From Armatimonadota bacterium (GTDB taxonomy: Bacteria; Armatimonadota; Fimbriimonadia; Fimbriimonadales; GBS-DC), in contig JBBIML010000010.1 of NCBI GenBank assembly GCA_037444405.1, positions 96,001 through 160,000 of the forward strand: 64,000 nucleotides of DNA, written 5' to 3'. Numbering within the stretch: the stretch's first letter is position 1; each line of letters begins with the position of its first letter. A program made the translations under genes and the position numbers. Under the pieces are notes generated by a model. The model had not been told where the DNA came from, searched no databases, and saw nothing but the letters and a program-made list of their open reading frames with translations. Positions 59,387-64,000 of the stretch are shown here, one piece after another.

Positions 59387-60385
59387 ATGGCGATTGAGAC
59401 AGAGAAATGGTTGACAGAGGGTGAGGCGCGTGCCGTCGCAGAGCAGGCTCGACAGCTGATTCTGGCGGTGGAGCAGGTGATTCTGGGCAAGACGGAGACC
59501 GTGCGCCTGATGGTGATTGGTCTGCTCAGTCGGGGGCATCTGCTGATTGAGGATATTCCTGGCGTCGGCAAGACCACGCTCGCCCGCGCGATTGCCCGCG
59601 CGATCGGCGGTCAGTTCCGACGGATTCAGTTCACTCCTGATCTGCTGCCTGCCGATGTTACAGGTTCGGTCATCTACAACCAGAAAGTCGGGCAGTTCGA
59701 GTTTCACCCTGGCCCCATCTTTGCCAATATTGTGCTGGCGGATGAGGTCAATCGCGCCACGCCAAAGACGCAATCCGCGCTGTTAGAGGCGATGGAGGAG
59801 CGTACCGTGTCCATCGAGGGCACGACTCACCCCCTGCCGGAACCGTTCCTGGTGATCGCGACGCAGAACAACATCGAGATGGTGGGCACCTATCCGCTGC
59901 CCGAAGCGCAGATGGACCGCTTTTTCGCGCGGGTCTCGCTCGGTTATCCGTCCCCTGAAGTCGAGGCGCGCATTCTGGAGACGCGCCAGATCCATTCGCC
60001 GCTGGACGAGCTACAACCCGTGCTGACGCCTGAACGGTTGCTGGAGTTGCAGGAGGCGGTGCGACGGGTCTATGTCAGCCCTGCGGTGCGGCAATACATC
60101 GTGGGTGTGGTCACGGCGACGCGCCATCACCCGCAGATTATGCTGGGCGCCAGCCCGCGCGGCTCGCTGGCGCTGATGGTTGGCTCGCAAGCCTTGGCGG
60201 TGCTGAACGGGCGGCATTATGTGTTGCCCGACGATGTGCAGCGGATGGCAGTGCCTGTGCTGGCGCACCGGCTCATTTTGCGAGCCGACCTACAGGGCGT
60301 CCAGCCTCGCGCAGAACAGGTTATCCTGCAGATTCTGAGGGAGGTGCCCGTGCCTGTGGGGGAGGTCGTTGGACAGAATGGATAG
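59387..60385 (+). CDS. MoxR family AAA+ ATPase
   Basis: [51 protein letters not shown]. Confidence 0.95.
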   Translation: MAIETEKWLTEGEARAVAEQARQLILAVEQVILGKTETVRLMVIGLLSRGHLLIEDIPGVGKTTLARAIARAIGGQFRRIQFTPDLLPADVTGSVIYNQKVGQFEFHPGPIFANIVLADEVNRATPKTQSALLEAMEERTVSIEGTTHPLPEPFLVIATQNNIEMVGTYPLPEAQMDRFFARVSLGYPSPEVEARILETRQIHSPLDELQPVLTPERLLELQEAVRRVYVSPAVRQYIVGVVTATRHHPQIMLGASPRGSLALMVGSQALAVLNGRHYVLPDDVQRMAVPVLAHRLILRADLQGVQPRAEQVILQILREVPVPVGEVVGQNG

Positions 60386-61466
60386 AGAGAGCCTGCGCAA
60401 CGCGAAACTGATGGCGCTGATGGCAGCCACCTCGTTCATCTTTTGCTCGGGCGTGACCACAGGCAACCGTCAGATGTACTGGATGGCAAGCCTGCTGGGT
60501 GTGCTGTTGGGTGGCGCGTACCTGCTGGTACACTGGCTGACGCCGCGGGCGCAGGTGGCTCGCCAGTTGCCACCAGAGGTGCGCGAAGGGGAACTGTTCG
60601 CCGTTGCGCTGGAGGTGGTGCTGCCGTTGCGCTGGTTGCCACTCTGGTATCGTGTCCACGATCGAGTCTCATCCGGACTGAACGCCCACGAGGCGCCCAT
60701 GCTCGTGCTACCTGGCAAGCATGCCCGGATCAGCTACTCGGTCATACCGCTGCGACGCGGCAAGCACACCGTTGGTCCAGTGGAGCTGATTGTTTCCGAC
60801 ATGCTGGGTCTATTCGAGATGAGGCGGCTGCTGCCCGTCACCGATCAGGTGCTGGTGTTGCCGCGTCCTGTGCCGTTGCCGAACCGAATCTGGGAGGGGG
60901 GCGGACGCGGGCGGGCGCATCAGGTGGCGACCCGCAGCCAGCAACAGGGCGAAGGCACCGACTGGCACGGTACGCGCGAATATGTGCCCGGCGACCCGCT
61001 GCGCCGAATCAACTGGCGGGCTACCGCACGGCATCAGCAATGGCATGTGCAGGAGTTCGAAACAAGCCACCTTGCGCCGCTGCTGATCGCCATCGAGCTG
61101 GCACCTCGCTGGGAGCGTGAAGCCGACGGCGTGTGCCCCCATTTTGAGCGAGCCATCCGACACATCGCCTGGCTGGTGATGGAAGCCCCGCGCAGCGGCA
61201 TTCGAGTGCTGTTGACTGCGCCCGGCTGGGATGGGATTCAGGTAGAAAACGCTTCGCGACAGGCGACGATGAATGCGCTACGGGCGCTGGCGACGCTCCA
61301 GCCTGAGTCGAGCGTTTCCCTGGCACAGCAGCTGCCTGCGCTGATTCAGCAATACAGCGGGCAATATGCTATCTGCCTGTTTGTGCCACCTGCCGAGCGC
61401 CGGCACTACGAGTCGCTTGTTCAGCCCTATCTCCAGCAGGGTTATATCGTTGAGGTGTATGCGTGA
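60378..61466 (+). CDS. DUF58 domain protein
   Basis: RRGKH..GP....[23 protein letters not shown]; follows moxR. Confidence 0.9.
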   Translation: MDRESLRNAKLMALMAATSFIFCSGVTTGNRQMYWMASLLGVLLGGAYLLVHWLTPRAQVARQLPPEVREGELFAVALEVVLPLRWLPLWYRVHDRVSSGLNAHEAPMLVLPGKHARISYSVIPLRRGKHTVGPVELIVSDMLGLFEMRRLLPVTDQVLVLPRPVPLPNRIWEGGGRGRAHQVATRSQQQGEGTDWHGTREYVPGDPLRRINWRATARHQQWHVQEFETSHLAPLLIAIELAPRWEREADGVCPHFERAIRHIAWLVMEAPRSGIRVLLTAPGWDGIQVENASRQATMNALRALATLQPESSVSLAQQLPALIQQYSGQYAICLFVPPAERRHYESLVQPYLQQGYIVEVYA

Positions 61467-62709
61467 GACACGGCAGGAACCACCCGCGAAATGGGTGCTG
61501 ATGGGCGTGCCGGTGCGCCCCGGCATCGCGATGGGACTGGGCGCACCCCTCTATCTGCCCACGCCTGGTACGCCCGCATGGTTAGATCCGCGCCTGTTCG
61601 CCGCAAACGAAGAGGAGTGGCTGGCTATCGAGTACCGCATGCCGACCGAGCCGTTAGAGGTGATTGCCTTTGTGCATCGGCTGGACGATGTGCCGCCGCT
61701 GCTGGCACCGAATGTGCGCGTGGTGGGCTGGGTGGTCGAGCAGGAGCCGTCACCGCCACTACCCGGTGTGCCTATCGTGCAAGTCGCTCGCCTGCCGCGT
61801 ATCCTGCCTCCAGAACCGCTGACCATTATCGACGCTAACGCGGGGATTGTTTATATTGAGCCGAGCGCGCAGACACTAAACCGCTATCAGGCGCAACTGT
61901 TGCGCGTGGCGAGCCAGACCCGCTTCTATCTGGAGATGGAGCATCTGCCCAGCCGCACCTGGGATAACCGCGAGCTGCCCGTCGGTGCATGGATGCAGAG
62001 CTGGGATTCGGTGGAGGTAGCCGTTCAGCATGGCGCCGATATTATCGCCGTGCGGAGCCAGCACCCTCCCGATAATTTTGGCACGCTGGGACAGACGCTG
62101 GGCGGTAAGCCGCTCTGGTGGATCGCGCCTGCCGATTTGCTGTGGGATGAGTCCCTCATCCCCGCCCTCTGGAAATGGAGCGCAACAATCGCCCTTACCT
62201 GCCTGCTGGAGCAGCCCTCCAGCCATGCGTCGGAGCAGGTCGCCATGTGGTGGACAACAATGGAAGCAGCCCGCGAAGCGCTCAAACGCGACCACCAGCC
62301 CATCGGTACACTCTCAGTGGGGATCGCCATTCGCTGGCGGCAACCCCGCCAGCAGCCTCCATCTGATGCCAGACAGACGCCTGTGAAAACCCTCTGCTGG
62401 TTCGGACAGGCGCTCAGCCAGAATCGCACAGTGGAAGCCCTGCTGTCGCAACAGAGCTGGGCAATCCGATATGGTCGGCAGCGCGCGCTGGTGCTGGATG
62501 TGGTGGAGCCTGTTCAGCTCGCAGTCGCGCTGGGGCTACAACCCCATGTGCTCCTGGTGCCTCCAGAACAGGTTCAAATCACCAAGCAGATGATAGCGCG
62601 ATTAGGCATCGACGAGTGCCACCACTGGCTTCTGCAGCGCCTGCAAGACTGGGAGGATGCAGAGATTGTTCGGCAACCTGAAACCTGGCTTCAACTCCGC
62701 ACGGGCTGA
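61459..62709 (+). CDS. Divergent PTS enzyme I (PtsI)-like protein, probably non-catalytic
   Basis: GVPVRPGIAMG, IIDANAGIVYIEP...Y and LPSRTWDNREL...AVQHGAD mirror the PtsI layout; the phospho-His motif and GLYRTE motif are not visible. Confidence 0.55.
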   Translation: MRETRQEPPAKWVLMGVPVRPGIAMGLGAPLYLPTPGTPAWLDPRLFAANEEEWLAIEYRMPTEPLEVIAFVHRLDDVPPLLAPNVRVVGWVVEQEPSPPLPGVPIVQVARLPRILPPEPLTIIDANAGIVYIEPSAQTLNRYQAQLLRVASQTRFYLEMEHLPSRTWDNRELPVGAWMQSWDSVEVAVQHGADIIAVRSQHPPDNFGTLGQTLGGKPLWWIAPADLLWDESLIPALWKWSATIALTCLLEQPSSHASEQVAMWWTTMEAAREALKRDHQPIGTLSVGIAIRWRQPRQQPPSDARQTPVKTLCWFGQALSQNRTVEALLSQQSWAIRYGRQRALVLDVVEPVQLAVALGLQPHVLLVPPEQVQITKQMIARLGIDECHHWLLQRLQDWEDAEIVRQPETWLQLRTG

Positions 62710-62742
62710 AAGCGGGTATCCTCTCGATAGAGGGTCATATCA

Positions 62743-63663
62743 ATGCAGGTAGAAGGGCAGGAGTTTGTGCGTCCCTTTCGTGTGGGCATCGGACAGATCA
62801 AGCCGTTCAAGGGCAACTACAAGCGCAATCTGGAACGCATCGGTGAGATGATGGCGCAGATTGTGCGCGAATCGTTGCCCGTGGATGTGCTGGTGCTGCC
62901 CGAAACAGTGACCACAGGTTACTTTATTGAGGGCGGCGTGCGTGAGCTGGCAATGCCCGCTTCGCAGCTGCTAAGGGACCTCGCCCAGCTCTATGCGAAT
63001 TGCAAGCCTGATCGTGCACTTGACATCTGCCTGGGTTTTTATGAGCGGTATCGCGGTGAGGATTACAACGCAGCACTTTATGCAACTTTGGAACCAAAAC
63101 ATGAACAGTCACGAATCGTGCATGTGCATCGCAAGTTTTTCTTGCCGACCTATGGCGTTTTTGAAGAGGAGCGATTCGTGGCTCGTGGCACGCGCCTCGA
63201 TGTGTTCACCACCCGATTCTGTCAGGCGGCAGTCTTGATTTGTGAAGATGTATGGCACTCTGTGACACCGATGATTGTGGCGCTGAAGGGCGCCCAGGTC
63301 ATCTATGTACCGACTGCATCGCCTGCGCGAGGCTTTCATGGCGAGCAAATCGAAAATGTGGCTGTCTACGAACGCATGCTCACCCAGATTGCCGGTGAAC
63401 ATGGACTGTTTATCATTCAATCCAGTCTGGTGGGGTTTGAAGGCGGAAAAGGCTTCGTGGGCGCCTCACTGGCGGTTGATCCGTTTGGCAAGGTGATTGC
63501 GCAGGCGCCACTGGGTCAAGAGGCGCTGCTGATTGTAACCATCGATCTGGACGACCTGGCGATTGCACGCGCCCAACTGCCACTGCTATCCGACCTGCGT
63601 TCCACACTGCCCGACATCGCCCTGCAGATCAACGCGATTGTTCAGCAGGAACGGTTGAGATAG
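62743..63663 (+). CDS. Nitrilase/carbon-nitrogen hydrolase (NAD+ synthetase glutaminase-domain-like)
   Basis: LPE, HRKFFLPTYGVFEEERF and ICEDVW give the E-K-C triad. Confidence 0.9.
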   Translation: MQVEGQEFVRPFRVGIGQIKPFKGNYKRNLERIGEMMAQIVRESLPVDVLVLPETVTTGYFIEGGVRELAMPASQLLRDLAQLYANCKPDRALDICLGFYERYRGEDYNAALYATLEPKHEQSRIVHVHRKFFLPTYGVFEEERFVARGTRLDVFTTRFCQAAVLICEDVWHSVTPMIVALKGAQVIYVPTASPARGFHGEQIENVAVYERMLTQIAGEHGLFIIQSSLVGFEGGKGFVGASLAVDPFGKVIAQAPLGQEALLIVTIDLDDLAIARAQLPLLSDLRSTLPDIALQINAIVQQERLR

Positions 63664-63698
63664 CTGTGCGGTATAATCGAGATGGAGGTAGACAAACA

Positions 63699-64000
63699 AT
63701 GCGTCGACGAGGCATGCCGATTGGTCTTATTGGAGCAGTGGTCATTTTGCTGGCGTTTGTCATCTGGTACGGCTGGAGTACGCAGATTGCGCCCTACATA
63801 GCGGAACAGCGTGCCCGGCAACAGCAGCAAGAGTCGAACTTGCCGCCGCCATCCGAGGCTGAAATCAAAGCGCAGCTGGAGAAGAATAAGCAAATGGTTC
63901 AGCAGCAGCAACCACCAGCACCTGCAAAGACAGAAACCCCAAAGCCGAAGCCATCATCCAGTCCACAGCCTTCGCAACCGAATCCAGAGCGCGAAGTGGT
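63699..64000 (+). CDS. Membrane-anchored hypothetical protein (truncated by window end)
   Basis: TATAAT and GGAGG upstream; MRRRGMPIGLIGAVVILLAFVIWYGW then a Q/P-rich region; open to the window end. Confidence 0.7.
   Translation, partial: MRRRGMPIGLIGAVVILLAFVIWYGWSTQIAPYIAEQRARQQQQESNLPPPSEAEIKAQLEKNKQMVQQQQPPAPAKTETPKPKPSSSPQPSQPNPEREV

Overview
GC-rich bacterial chromosomal window with dense host-like genes. PEP-CTERM, DUF1559 prepilin-like, GC-ending dockerin-like, HAF-repeat and Uma2 proteins together suggest Armatimonadota (inference). It holds a probable replication origin (10 perfect DnaA boxes at 6588-6901, upstream of recF-dciA-comEC, with no dnaA/dnaN in the window). Housekeeping genes include coaX, prfA, mreB, thiD, ybaB-recR, prpD, metG, aroF and psuG. 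Also present are a type IV minor-pilin cluster, a detached fliH-fliI-fliJ-lytic transglycosylase block, ABC transporter genes and a multiheme cytochrome operon. No rRNA, tRNA, CRISPR array or intact mobile element was seen. The most notable items are: (1) an intact phage-type large terminase with no other phage genes nearby, a candidate part of a dispersed, domesticated gene-transfer-agent-like system; (2) a ~340-nt highly structured non-coding leader upstream of prkA that I cannot match to a known RNA family; (3) two families of palindromic repeats, one inserted in-frame into two proteins and the other supplying stop codons; (4) a stand-alone DnaA-domain-I-like protein near the origin; (5) a LacI-type operator in front of a pilin-like gene; and (6) recurring sigma-H-like and leaderless promoter layouts. 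All functional calls come from motif recognition by eye; no database searches were run.
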